DNA of 61,070 nucleotides, filler included, from an uncultured bacterium (GCA_964609495.1; 3 parts of 3 records of this genome joined end to end with filler, not necessarily neighbours in it), one strand, 5' to 3'. Counted from the first letter of the whole stretch, positions 29,969 to 40,007 are shown. Numbers and translations: made by a program. The notes: generated by a model not told the origin, from the letters alone.

Positions 29969-30597
29969 TCTTCTGGACCTCCTCCCCCCTCTTGGGCTCT
30001 CTCGGGAGGTGATACTACAATCTCCCTACCAGCAGGGGCCTCAATTGCACTAGAGACGATAATAAATTCCCTTACCACATTATTTCCTATCTCCGCTTTC
30101 GATACTTCTTGTAAGTCCACATCACTTAAATATGGGGAGGCCTTGAGATTGACCATCATTTGAGCTACATCTTTATTTTCGAGGGCAATCCCTTGAATCC
30201 TGATATCATCTTTTCGCAAAGATAGATTAGTAAGCCAAACTTTATCTTGAGGAATTAAGCTAGTGATGTTAGCTATAATATCTGACCACACCAAGCGAGT
30301 AGATAAAAACTCATTTAGCACCTTCTTCTGTTCTTCTAACTTCTTATGCTCCTCATCTAAAGCCTGGACCTTCTCAGCAATAACTTTCAACTCAGCTATT
30401 TGTTCTTCAATTATCGTGACTCTATCCTTAACTTGTTGCAGTTCTTTCTTTTTGCTGGTGACCTCAGAGGTCTTTCCTATATAGACAAAGGCAAAGAGAA
30501 CCAGGGCACCTATAAATAGAATTATAGCTAGCAAGGATAACCATTTGATCTCTACCCGTTTCCTTTCTACCTTGGGGAGCAGATTAATATCTATCAT
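29965..30597 (-). CDS. pilN: Type IV pilus assembly protein PilN
   Basis: INLLP PilM-binding motif, TM, coiled coil, VWLTNL. Confidence 0.9.
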   Translation of the reverse strand: MIDINLLPKVERKRVEIKWLSLLAIILFIGALVLFAFVYIGKTSEVTSKKKELQQVKDRVTIIEEQIAELKVIAEKVQALDEEHKKLEEQKKVLNEFLSTRLVWSDIIANITSLIPQDKVWLTNLSLRKDDIRIQGIALENKDVAQMMVNLKASPYLSDVDLQEVSKAEIGNNVVREFIIVSSAIEAPAGREIVVSPPERAQEGGGGPEE

Positions 30598-31760
30598 TTC
30601 TCAGCACACCCCCTCATAGCCAATCCTACCCCCACTGCCATACTGGGAGAAATATCGTCCATATACTCAGGGGCAAATCTCTCCGGATCATAAGTCATAG
30701 ATCTCCAACTGTTTCCTATCTCCGTTGGTATCCCCAATTTATCGGTCATAAAATCGACGATCCCTTTGAGTTTGGCAGTACCTCCGGTCAAGATCAGCTT
30801 TTGGATAATAACATCTTCCTCCTGGACCTTGTAGAAATCCAAATAACCTCTTATATCATTTACCAGATCCGATAGAACTGGGACTATAAATTCGTTTATC
30901 TTAGCCGGAGTGAAGGTTATTCCCGTCCTGGCATCCCGAACAGTTTCCGTATCCAAATCCACATCGACTACTGCTGAGCCAACCTCCTTCTTTATCTGTT
31001 CTGCCTGAGCATAGTCTATACCTAAACCTCTTTGGATGGCCTCGGTGATATCGTTACCAGCCGAAATTCTACAACTGGTGAACTCCAAAGTCCCGTTTCT
31101 AACTAAGCTTATGCTGGTTTCATCAGCTCCGATCTCTACCACAACTATCGCTGTGCCTCTATCTATCTCTCCCTCTATTTCGAAGCTTGCAATGTCCATA
31201 ACGTTAGGGACGATCATCGCTTGGAGAGCTCTCAAGGAAGCAAATGGTTTCACATCTATTATTTTGGGCGTTAAGCCAGCCATATTTAAAGTGTTGATAT
31301 ATTGATCTATTAGCTCCCTCTGAACAGCAACCATAAGTAGCTTAGTCTCTTCAGCATTATCGGTGATTATCGTATCTAGAACGTGATAACCAATCACAGC
31401 ATCTTCTATAGAGAAGGGGATATATCTCTCCGCCTCATAGTTAACAGCCTCTTCCAGATCTTCATCCGGCATCGCTGGAGTATTGATGGTTCTTATAATT
31501 GCACTGTTTCCTGAAATAGCCGTAACTATGGTCTTCTGCTTGATACCACTAGTCCTAAGGGCATCCCTGATAGCCTCGGCCAAGACATCCGCATCAGCTA
31601 TCACTCCATCCTGTATCCCCTCAGGGGGGGTTGGAACAATAGTCAGATGGACTAGCTCGGTATTTCCTCTTTGATCTCTTCTAGCCTCTACGATCTTAAT
31701 AGCCGAGGCTCCAATCTCCAGCCCCACTCCGTTTTTAGGTCCTCCTCTTCCCAAAAGCAT
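30594..31760 (-). CDS. pilM: Type IV pilus assembly protein PilM
   Basis: GLEIGASAIK, EAERYIPF, LTGGTAKLKG, VGLAMR. Confidence 0.93.
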   Translation of the reverse strand: MLLGRGGPKNGVGLEIGASAIKIVEARRDQRGNTELVHLTIVPTPPEGIQDGVIADADVLAEAIRDALRTSGIKQKTIVTAISGNSAIIRTINTPAMPDEDLEEAVNYEAERYIPFSIEDAVIGYHVLDTIITDNAEETKLLMVAVQRELIDQYINTLNMAGLTPKIIDVKPFASLRALQAMIVPNVMDIASFEIEGEIDRGTAIVVVEIGADETSISLVRNGTLEFTSCRISAGNDITEAIQRGLGIDYAQAEQIKKEVGSAVVDVDLDTETVRDARTGITFTPAKINEFIVPVLSDLVNDIRGYLDFYKVQEEDVIIQKLILTGGTAKLKGIVDFMTDKLGIPTEIGNSWRSMTYDPERFAPEYMDDISPSMAVGVGLAMRGCAEK

Positions 31761-31850
31761 AATCTATCCCTCCTTTCCTAGACAAGCTTATAGTAGTTCC
31801 AATCCCCTAATATATTTTTTATCGAAACTACATCGATAAATATTTCCTTA

Positions 31851-31879
31851 ATTATACCACAATTTTAATAAGTTGACAA
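31851..31879 (-). promoter_or_regulatory. Promoter of the pil operon
   Basis: TTGTCA-N17-TATAAT with extended -10 TG. Confidence 0.65.
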
Positions 31880-31992
31880 CCTTTATTTAACTAGTTGATA
31901 AATTTTTTTGTTATTGAGAGAAGTTGCATAATAGATAGTATAATTTCATATTTACATAGATCTCCTCGATCTCCTAACTGAGAAAGGTGTTT

Positions 31993-32027
31993 TGAAGAGG
32001 CACCAGCCCCTAGCTGTTGCCTCTTCA
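31993..32027 (-). terminator. Hairpin after the oxidoreductase gene
   Basis: tgaagaggca / tgcctcttca stem with inner cagc/gctg. Confidence 0.55.
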
Positions 32028-32039
32028 GTAAAGATTATA

Positions 32040-33113
32040 TCAAAGCCTGACAACCTCTCCCGTCTCAATGCTCCGATGCACAGCTACCGCTATTTTAGTT
32101 GTCTCCAATCCGTCTTCCCCAGAGGGATACTTACCAGCTAGTTGTTCCCTACTTCCTCCGTTCTGAAGGAAGAGTATATTCTCGATAAAATCAGCTATAC
32201 TCTCTGAGCCATAGCCTCGATAGATCACTCGGCTATGCTTATCTTCTTCTCTCCTCATAAATCCTAGATTATAAGTCCTCATCCCTTCAGCAGTTATACA
32301 GGACCTCGCTCCTCTATCCTGGGAATCAACCTCGATAACCCCTTCCGAGCCTACTAATCGTATTCCCTGATTGACAATGGCCTCGAAACCGTCCGGCAGA
32401 ATCCAGGAACTATCGAAGGTCACGCTAGCTCCATTCTCAAAATCAACTTTGGCTTGGATAGAATCGAAAGTATCAACCCCCAAACTGACTAACTTATCCT
32501 TAACTCCAGTGGCATAGACCTTAATTGCATTGCTCTTTATCATCCAACGCACTAGGTCGTAGAAGTGAACTCCTAAGAACCAAGCAGGAGAGCTGTAAGG
32601 GACCCAGTGAGGAAACCAATCACGAGGGACTTCGATCCTATCCTCCATATGGACATATCCATATTGAATCTTTCCCATCTTGCCCGATCGAACTATATGC
32701 TCCATCTCCTTATGATATGGATCATATCTCTTGTGAAAATCCACTTGCAACAAAACCCCTGCTTCCTCGGCCGCATCTATTATATCTCGACAGCCCTCTA
32801 TCGTTACATCCAAGGGCTTCTCCACTAAGATATGCTTTCCAGCTTTAGCCGCATTTACAGCTATCTCCCGATGGGCAAAGTCAGGAGTAACAACGGTTAC
32901 CGCATCGATATCCTCCTTCTTCAACATCTCTTTATAATTAGTATAGATTTTTATTCCAAATTCTTCCTCTCTTTGCCTCATCCTCTCGATATTTCTTCCC
33001 GTGCATGCGGCCGTTACTAATTCGGTTTGCCCGGTATACTCCAATTGCCTGAAAGTTCTAAGATGGGTGACTCCAAAAGCACCAATTCCTACCACTCCTA
33101 CTTTAACAGTCAT
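32040..33113 (-). CDS. Gfo/Idh/MocA family oxidoreductase
   Basis: GIGAFG, TPDFAH, VEKPL, DFHKRYDP. Confidence 0.9.
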   Translation of the reverse strand: MTVKVGVVGIGAFGVTHLRTFRQLEYTGQTELVTAACTGRNIERMRQREEEFGIKIYTNYKEMLKKEDIDAVTVVTPDFAHREIAVNAAKAGKHILVEKPLDVTIEGCRDIIDAAEEAGVLLQVDFHKRYDPYHKEMEHIVRSGKMGKIQYGYVHMEDRIEVPRDWFPHWVPYSSPAWFLGVHFYDLVRWMIKSNAIKVYATGVKDKLVSLGVDTFDSIQAKVDFENGASVTFDSSWILPDGFEAIVNQGIRLVGSEGVIEVDSQDRGARSCITAEGMRTYNLGFMRREEDKHSRVIYRGYGSESIADFIENILFLQNGGSREQLAGKYPSGEDGLETTKIAVAVHRSIETGEVVRL

Positions 33114-33155
33114 GTAATGCCTCCTAGTGATCCGCTCTCAATCTCCTGATGGTCT

Positions 33156-33248
33156 TTATTTAGAATCTCCTCTACCCGACTTAACTATACCAAAATGATA
33201 AAATATCCTTATAATCTCTTTTCCACCGAGAGTCTTAAGCTTTGGCAT
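33156..33248 (-). pseudogene. hicA: Truncated HicA toxin
   Basis: MPKLKTLGGKEIIRIFYHFG...* (30 aa) overlapping the hicB stop; the GSH motif and C-terminal half are absent. Confidence 0.7.
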
Positions 33249-33465
33249 AAATCGGTCCAAGTTCAAAGTTAACCAAAATGGAAAAGTCGGGAAGGATGTC
33301 CCATTCCTCCAAATCTTCTCCTTCCAAGTGAAGAGAAATTGCCTCTTCTATGTTCTTAGCAACTTCATCTAAGGTTTTCCCTTGAGTAACAACTGGCAGA
33401 TCAGCACATTCGGCAACGTAGTACTTCGCACCTTTGTAGATTCTGACCTGAATGATCTTTTTCAT
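33235..33465 (-). CDS. hicB: Short HicB-family antitoxin
   Basis: YVAECADLPVVTQGKTLDEVAKNIEEAISLHLE. Confidence 0.85.
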   Translation of the reverse strand: MKKIIQVRIYKGAKYYVAECADLPVVTQGKTLDEVAKNIEEAISLHLEGEDLEEWDILPDFSILVNFELGPIYAKA

Positions 33466-33551
33466 AATTATCTCCTTGAAAATTATCTCCTGATTTCGAC
33501 TTTTATGTCTCTACCACTTCCTCTTTAACTCCTTCTTTGGTCTTTGCCGAA

Positions 33552-35273
33552 TTAATTTGAAGAAAAATGATACTCCACTGGGATGAAGAATTCGAGCAGA
33601 AGCTGACTTTGATCAGCATTTAACATCTGGAATCTAAGCTGATCAACCGTAGCATCCCCAGATCTGATCGTAAAAAATCCAGTCCCACTGCCGCTTCCAA
33701 GAGGATAGAGTCCTGACCCGTGAGCCCCATAATGTGGGGTCAGCGATCCATTGCTAAAAGGACGTACAAAAATACGAACCCCATCGACTTCATCTGTAAC
33801 ATAATCAAATGTGATGTTCACACGTTGATTGAGCGCCAAAGATGCCGGCGAAGAAGGAGATAACTGAATATTGGATATGGAATTTGGAGAAATCGATAGC
33901 TCCAGAGTATAATTTATCGTTACTGTCTCGTTAGCAACAATTTCCACTTCTCCCTCCCAATCTCTATATCCTTCCTTAGTTATCTTCAGCTTAATCGTTC
34001 CTATCTTTAATCCCTCTAACTTAAGCGGTGTCTCTCCCTTAAATTCCCCATTCAGATATATCTCTGCCTTCAAGGGAATGGATTCGATCATGAGATCCCC
34101 TGTTTCTGGCTCCGGCTGAGTTGCAACCACTTCCTCAGGCCATCCTCTTCTAATCTTCAATCCCTCCTCTAATTTCACTTCCGGTAATATATCCTCCACC
34201 ACTTCAGCCTGAGATCTAGCCTCCCATACCTTGCTTATCCTGATTAATTTCGCTATCTCCCCCTCAGGAGATAGGATAGCATACTCTTCTCCCTCCTCCA
34301 ACTCATCATCAGAACCTAAGTTGATGATGATCTCTTTATTGGAGAGAACTCCTACTATCTGTCCCTCAGCCCTCGCCGGAGGGATCAGAACTACATCACC
34401 CTCCAGCTTATCGTTATAAGTCGGGGTCTGCTGTTTAACCATAGGGTCTTTATCAAAATATCTGGGAACATATTTGAATACATAATCCTTGATCTCCCTT
34501 ATCGTAACCTTTCCATCTATATTCCCCTCGGCATCTGCTCCTCCATCTAAAGCCTCCACCAGATAGTGCCCAAATACTGTCCCTCCTTCTCCATCCCTTA
34601 GCTTATACGATTGCCAAGCTGGCTCATCATCCTTACTGGCACTCAATATGAAAGTCCCATCCCTCTCCAGATCGGAGACTACTCCCTGTCCGATCTCCTC
34701 CGGGGTCGCGGCCAACGCTCCACCTATGGGAAGGGATAAGCTCTGAGCGGCACCACCTGAATAACAGCTATTGATAAAGATAAGCACCTTCTTCGATCTT
34801 ATCTTGCGGAGCATATATCCGAAGATATCATCAGGAATAGCCCTCGTCGGATTCTCCAAACTCATATTATACGTGGATAGATACTCATCATATTGATCAT
34901 CAGGATCTCTAGCTTTCTCATCTCCATCGGCATCCAAAAGCGGGAAACCATGCCCTCCATAGGAGATGATCACTAGATCGCTCTCCTTCGCCTTCTGGGC
35001 TAACCATCCCTCCATTGTCTCCTCGATATTCTCCCTAGTTGCCTCCTCATTCAGTAAGAGCTTGATGTTTTTATCAGGAATAAAGCCAGCTTTTCCAACC
35101 AGAACTTCATATAAAGCCTTAGCATCATTAGCACAGAAGGTAGAAGGGATATTTTGATCCTGATATTTGGAGATACCGATTATCACCGCCCACCTATCCG
35201 CTGATAGGGAAGAAGAAGCTATCCCTGATATTAGGATGACTGATAACACGATGAGAATAAGATATCTCCTCAT
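33552..35273 (-). CDS. Secreted caspase-family (C14) peptidase with FlgT_C-like, PEGA and a C-terminal beta domain
   Basis: Signal peptide; WAVIIGISKY, GGHG (His108), NSCYSG (Cys170), QTP; IINLGS; SIPLKAEIYLNG...GETP...KEGY. Confidence 0.85.
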   Translation of the reverse strand: MRRYLILIVLSVILISGIASSSLSADRWAVIIGISKYQDQNIPSTFCANDAKALYEVLVGKAGFIPDKNIKLLLNEEATRENIEETMEGWLAQKAKESDLVIISYGGHGFPLLDADGDEKARDPDDQYDEYLSTYNMSLENPTRAIPDDIFGYMLRKIRSKKVLIFINSCYSGGAAQSLSLPIGGALAATPEEIGQGVVSDLERDGTFILSASKDDEPAWQSYKLRDGEGGTVFGHYLVEALDGGADAEGNIDGKVTIREIKDYVFKYVPRYFDKDPMVKQQTPTYNDKLEGDVVLIPPARAEGQIVGVLSNKEIIINLGSDDELEEGEEYAILSPEGEIAKLIRISKVWEARSQAEVVEDILPEVKLEEGLKIRRGWPEEVVATQPEPETGDLMIESIPLKAEIYLNGEFKGETPLKLEGLKIGTIKLKITKEGYRDWEGEVEIVANETVTINYTLELSISPNSISNIQLSPSSPASLALNQRVNITFDYVTDEVDGVRIFVRPFSNGSLTPHYGAHGSGLYPLGSGSGTGFFTIRSGDATVDQLRFQMLNADQSQLLLEFFIPVEYHFSSN

Positions 35274-35354
35274 AATTTAAACACCTCCTTCCTATCCCTC
35301 TTTTTTCTTTTATTTTACCTCTTTTCTTCTCTCTTGTCCACTTTTTTATATAGG

Positions 35355-35438
35355 AAGCACTAAAATCGTGCTAGCAGATTTTTATCAAGATATAATTTCC
35401 CCCTCACCCTATCCCTCTCCCACAAGGGGAGAGGGAAC
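35355..35438 (+). repeat. MITE end-type A (35355-35383) abutting REP copy 1 (35389-35438)
   Basis: aagcactaaaatcgtgctagcagattttt then gatataatttccccctcaccctatccctctcccacaaggggagagggaac. Confidence 0.8.
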
Positions 35439-35466
35439 ATTCAGATAAGCTCACTCTCTTTATTAC

Positions 35467-36714
35467 TCAATCTTCCACTCCGCACCAATTCACTAAAAAT
35501 ATCAGAAGCCCCTTAGCAGCTTTCTGGATATCCCCCAAGTTTATATGCTCGTTGTCGGAATGAGCATTGGCTATATCTCCAGGACCAAATACTAGGGTGG
35601 GAAGATTCGCCCTCTTAGCATAAAGTCGAGCATCACAACTCACGTTCAAGCCGAATACCTCTGAGTCTAATCCAGCTATATCGCAAGAATCTTTGAGGGT
35701 GATCACCAAGGGATGAGTTGGAGATAGCTCATAGGAATCGTTTCTCAATTTGTTGAACTCGATTTTATAATGGCTCTTTAACCACTCATCCCCTTCGCTC
35801 TCTATAGCGGTTATCAAATCCTGCTTGATCTGAGCTAGGGATTTATTCGGCAAGAATCCGATTCCTCCCTCCATAGTCGCCTCCCCAGGAACAGTGGAGG
35901 GCCAATCTCCAGCGTTAAACGTACCGATATTCATCTGGACTGGTCGCTCATATCTCTCAAATAGAGGATAGCCTTTACTTTCCTCGATCAGTATCTTCTC
36001 ATAGCGCTTGAATATATCGATGATCTGTATCGCCTTATCTATCGCGCTTATACCCTCCTCGATCCTTCCCATATGAACTGATTTTCCTCCCACCCAGATC
36101 TGAAACCAGATAGCCCCTCGGTTCGCAGGATGAATCTGAAGATCGCTCCCCTCCAGAACAACAACTCCCTCCGCTCTATATCCTTGTTTAATTAAAGCTA
36201 AAGCCCCATTTCCTCCGACTTCCTCCTCGGTGACAAGTTGAGCGAATAGATCGCCTTTGAGCTTAATATCAAGCTCATCCAGTATCTTAAAGATGATATA
36301 TATCAGGGCGACCTCTCCTTTATCATCACAAGCCCCCCGCCCATAGATGATATCTCCATCTCTTCTGCCCTTAAAAGCATCCTCCCAATCTTCAGCAGGA
36401 ACAATATCCGTATGTGCTTGCAGGATAACGCTTCGTCCTTCTCTCCCTCCCTTGCGAGTGACAACTAAATTCCTCCTCTGGGAGAGAGGTCGTTCCCCAT
36501 CATAGTGGACATAATCCTCATCTTCCATCAAATCATCAGGATAAGGGATACTCTCCACATCAACCTGTAAGGTCTTAAATCTATCGAAGAGATATCCCAT
36601 TATCTCGTCCTCCTGTCCGACTAAACTTGGGTAGGATATAAGTTTGATGAGTAATTCTCCGATCTCATCTTTATATCTATCAACTAATTGGACGATCTCC
36701 CTTTCATAAGCCAT
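35467..36714 (-). CDS. M20 family deacylase (ArgE/DapE-like)
   Basis: AHTDIVP, GRGACDDKG, EEVGG, AHSDNE. Confidence 0.9.
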   Translation of the reverse strand: MAYEREIVQLVDRYKDEIGELLIKLISYPSLVGQEDEIMGYLFDRFKTLQVDVESIPYPDDLMEDEDYVHYDGERPLSQRRNLVVTRKGGREGRSVILQAHTDIVPAEDWEDAFKGRRDGDIIYGRGACDDKGEVALIYIIFKILDELDIKLKGDLFAQLVTEEEVGGNGALALIKQGYRAEGVVVLEGSDLQIHPANRGAIWFQIWVGGKSVHMGRIEEGISAIDKAIQIIDIFKRYEKILIEESKGYPLFERYERPVQMNIGTFNAGDWPSTVPGEATMEGGIGFLPNKSLAQIKQDLITAIESEGDEWLKSHYKIEFNKLRNDSYELSPTHPLVITLKDSCDIAGLDSEVFGLNVSCDARLYAKRANLPTLVFGPGDIANAHSDNEHINLGDIQKAAKGLLIFLVNWCGVED

Positions 36715-36717
36715 AAC

Positions 36718-37575
36718 CTAATTATCATCTCCTTCGGTGAGTTCGGGATTCTCCTTGAGCATAAGTTCGAGTGCGTTTCCTCTGGTTATCGCCTCGAACT
36801 GCTCCTCCGTCAAATCCATATTCCTTATAAGCTCCACTATGGGAATGTCCTGCTCTGGATAGAGATAATCAGTTCCGAAAAGAAGCCTTTGATAATTGCG
36901 CCTGACGAACTCCACGCCAAATTCCTTGTCCCTTACGAGCGCATTGTATCCAGAACGAGCGGAGAGATCGGCATATAGATTGGGATATCGGGAGAATAGA
37001 TAATCTATCCATCCACCGGGTTCTACCTTTCCGAGGGGATAAGTTATTTCAGGATCGACCTCGGATGATATCTCAGCCCACCAGCCAGGTCCATGAGCTA
37101 TGAAGTTCGTATTCGGATTTTCAAATAGCACTCTTTCAAAGGCGGGAAGATGAACCGAATCTGTGTTCCTCCATCTATCTATATGCAGAATAATTGGTAA
37201 GCCCAATTCCCCGCAAGCCTTGTATATCTCGATCGAACGAGGATCATTTATGGGTAACCCTGCTAGATGCTCCCCAAAGCCTCGACATCCTTGTTCGATA
37301 TATTCTTTGAGGATAACTTTAAAATCGGGCTTGAAATCTGGACCTCCTCTTCTAGGATCAACTCCACAGAAGGGGATCAATCTATCAGGATGTTTCCTGC
37401 AGATCTCGATCACTTCTTTGGTAGGGACATAGTAATGAGTCTCCTCGGGATTCTCCAGGGGAAGTATAACGGATTGCTCTATTCCCAGCTTATCCATAGC
37501 AGACAGTAAGATATCGGCTGTCAATGGCTCTCGATCCAGCATTATCTTTCCCAAGTGGGTGTGAATATCGATCAT
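36718..37575 (-). CDS. Amidohydrolase_2 family protein
   Basis: IDIHTH, GFGE, LHID, IAHG, FGTD. Confidence 0.87.
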   Translation of the reverse strand: MIDIHTHLGKIMLDREPLTADILLSAMDKLGIEQSVILPLENPEETHYYVPTKEVIEICRKHPDRLIPFCGVDPRRGGPDFKPDFKVILKEYIEQGCRGFGEHLAGLPINDPRSIEIYKACGELGLPIILHIDRWRNTDSVHLPAFERVLFENPNTNFIAHGPGWWAEISSEVDPEITYPLGKVEPGGWIDYLFSRYPNLYADLSARSGYNALVRDKEFGVEFVRRNYQRLLFGTDYLYPEQDIPIVELIRNMDLTEEQFEAITRGNALELMLKENPELTEGDDN

Positions 37576-38840
37576 TTACTTCCTCCTAAATTTCTCTTAG
37601 CCAGATAGTATTCAGCCACCTTTCCTATTCCTCCAGCGATATCCGTTATATCCTCCTCAGTGAAGAATTCGTTCATAGGCAACACTATAATATCTTTCAA
37701 TATAGCTTCCGAATTGGGACACATCCCCTCTTCGTAATTGATCTCCCTGCCATATAAGGGACAATTGAATGGACAACCCGAATCACCATAAGTTCTCTTC
37801 TTCGTCAGAAACTCATACATATACACTGGATTAGCGATATAACCACCCCCAGGGATTCCCTCTTCATTTAACGCCTTTGCGAATTCGTCCCTTGATACTC
37901 CTAAAACATCTTCTTCTATCCGCAAGGGATAGAGCCAGTAGGAGTGCTTGGTATCCTCTGCCACATAAGGGGTTATTATCCCTGGGATATCCTTTATCCT
38001 CTTGGTGAGAGAAGCGGCTGCTCTTCTTCGCCTCTCAACTACTCCCTTAACCTTCCTCAACTGAGCTAGAGCTACCGCTCCTTGTAACTCCGTCATTCGA
38101 TAATTAGGAGCTAGAAAGGGATGAATCCTCCCCTCGCCTCGAGGCCAGGCTTTGTCGGAGAAGAGGATGGCTCTCTGCCCCAATTTATCATCATCGAGGA
38201 TGGTGATACCTCCATCTCCAGCGGTCATATGTTTAGATTGCTGGAGACTAAAGCAACCGATATCCCCGATAGTTCCCACCATCTTCCCCTTATACTCCGC
38301 TAAGTATGCCTGACAGGAATCCTCGATAACATAGAGATTATATTCCTTCGCTATCTTCATAATCGGATCCATATCGGAAGGATTGCCAAAGAGATGAACA
38401 AGGAGTATCGCCTTAGTCCTATCGGTGATACGTTCTTTGATGCTATCTGGATCCATATTATAAGTTCTAAGATCGAGATCGGCGAAGATAGGGATCGCAT
38501 TTTGAAAGAGGATCGGATTTATCGTCCCGATATCAGTTATCGGCCCGGTGATCACCTCATCGCCCGGATTTAGGTCTAATGAACCCAAAGCGATATGGAT
38601 AGCCGCAGTTCCTGAAGTTGAAGCTATAGCATACCTTCTGCTATGGAAACTCGCGAACTCCTCCTCAAACTTAATCACCATAGTCCCACCATTCCGATTG
38701 AGCGATCCCGATCTTATCACCTGAGTTAGTAGCTCTAACTCCTCATCTCCTATATCTCTACCCGAGGAATCTGCTATCGTAGGAAAAGGCTTTCGTCTTA
38801 TCGGTTCTCCACCTTCGATCGCTAATTTACTATTGCGCAT
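37572..38840 (-). CDS. DegT/DnrJ/EryC1/StrS sugar aminotransferase
   Basis: SGTAAIH, IEDSCQA, FSLQQSKHMTAGDGG (PLP Lys), NYRM. Confidence 0.93.
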   Translation of the reverse strand: MRNSKLAIEGGEPIRRKPFPTIADSSGRDIGDEELELLTQVIRSGSLNRNGGTMVIKFEEEFASFHSRRYAIASTSGTAAIHIALGSLDLNPGDEVITGPITDIGTINPILFQNAIPIFADLDLRTYNMDPDSIKERITDRTKAILLVHLFGNPSDMDPIMKIAKEYNLYVIEDSCQAYLAEYKGKMVGTIGDIGCFSLQQSKHMTAGDGGITILDDDKLGQRAILFSDKAWPRGEGRIHPFLAPNYRMTELQGAVALAQLRKVKGVVERRRRAAASLTKRIKDIPGIITPYVAEDTKHSYWLYPLRIEEDVLGVSRDEFAKALNEEGIPGGGYIANPVYMYEFLTKKRTYGDSGCPFNCPLYGREINYEEGMCPNSEAILKDIIVLPMNEFFTEEDITDIAGGIGKVAEYYLAKRNLGGSK

Positions 38841-38868
38841 AATAGATATATCTCCTCAGTGAGTTCGA

Positions 38869-38918
38869 GATATAATTTCCCCCTCACCCTAGCCCTCTCC
38901 CACAAGGGGAGAGGGAAC
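38869..38918 (+). repeat. REP copy 2
   Basis: Differs from 35389-35438 at one base; hairpin ccctctccc-acaag-gggagaggg. Confidence 0.9.
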
Positions 38919-38975
38919 GTAAGCCTACTTGGATTTAGTGCTATTTCATAGTGACCTATCTATATCTTAATGAAA

Positions 38976-40007
38976 TTAGCTTAGAACTACCTCCTTGCCA
39001 GTTCTATTTGCCTCATAGATCGCTAGGATAAGATCTACTGCCTGTCGAGCTTTCTCACCGGGGATCATAGGATCGCGATCTTCGTTAATCGCATTCACCA
39101 AATCTTGCACCAACTGCTCGTGCCCAAAGGTGCCGATGGCAGTTGGCTCTGCGGCGGCTCCCGTGCCAGCTTCCTCTTTTTCCGCCTCTTTCTTTTCCTC
39201 CCCAAGGATCTCTAAGGAGACGATCTTGTTATCATCCAGCTTGAGAGTCCCCAACTCCCCGTGAATCTCGATGCTACTGGGATAACCAGGAACGATGCTG
39301 GTAGTTCCCTCTATCACTCCAAATGCTCCATTCTCATACTCCAGCATAACAACCGCGGTATCCTCAACCTCGATATTCCTAGCTAGATGATCACATTTAG
39401 CGGAAATGACTCTCTTGACTGGGCCCATCATCCAGAGTAGCGCATCGATCCCGTGAACTCCTTGATTCATCAAGGCCCCTCCTCCATCTAAAGCCCAAGT
39501 TCCTCTCCAACCACCGCTATCATAATAAGCCTGAGAACGATAGTACTTGAGGTAAGCATCGCCTAGAACGAGCTTGCCAATTTTCCCACTATCGATTATC
39601 TCTCTAGCTTTGTGGAATTCAGGATAAGCTCTTCTCTGGAATATACCTCCCAATTTTACCCCAGCTTTGCGACATTCCTCGATCATCTGATCCATCTTCT
39701 CCTTGGTAATCTCCAGAGGTTTCTCGGAAAGGACATGCTTCCCAGCTCTAGCTGCGGCGATAGTTGGCTCTCCATGAAGCCCACTTGGAGTGCAGATGCA
39801 AACTGCATCTATATCGGGATCGTTCACCAGATCGTTATAGTTCTCGAACATCTTTTCAACTTCCCACTTCTCAGCAAACACCTTCATCTTCTCTGGGATA
39901 ATATCACAGACCGCTACTAATTCTGCCCCCTCAGCTTTCTGTATTCCAATGGCATGCCAGGGGGCGATCACTCCACATCCGATAATACCAAATCCTAAAG
40001 TCTTCAT
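38976..40007 (-). CDS. Gfo/Idh/MocA family oxidoreductase
   Basis: GCGVIA, TPSGLH, EKPL, WRGTWALDGGGALMNQGVH. Confidence 0.92.
   Translation of the reverse strand: MKTLGFGIIGCGVIAPWHAIGIQKAEGAELVAVCDIIPEKMKVFAEKWEVEKMFENYNDLVNDPDIDAVCICTPSGLHGEPTIAAARAGKHVLSEKPLEITKEKMDQMIEECRKAGVKLGGIFQRRAYPEFHKAREIIDSGKIGKLVLGDAYLKYYRSQAYYDSGGWRGTWALDGGGALMNQGVHGIDALLWMMGPVKRVISAKCDHLARNIEVEDTAVVMLEYENGAFGVIEGTTSIVPGYPSSIEIHGELGTLKLDDNKIVSLEILGEEKKEAEKEEAGTGAAAEPTAIGTFGHEQLVQDLVNAINEDRDPMIPGEKARQAVDLILAIYEANRTGKEVVLS

Noticed and set aside
21675-31760. pilMNOPQ next to aro genes, and the AroK-AroB fusion
   Set aside because: Both are well-known, widespread arrangements
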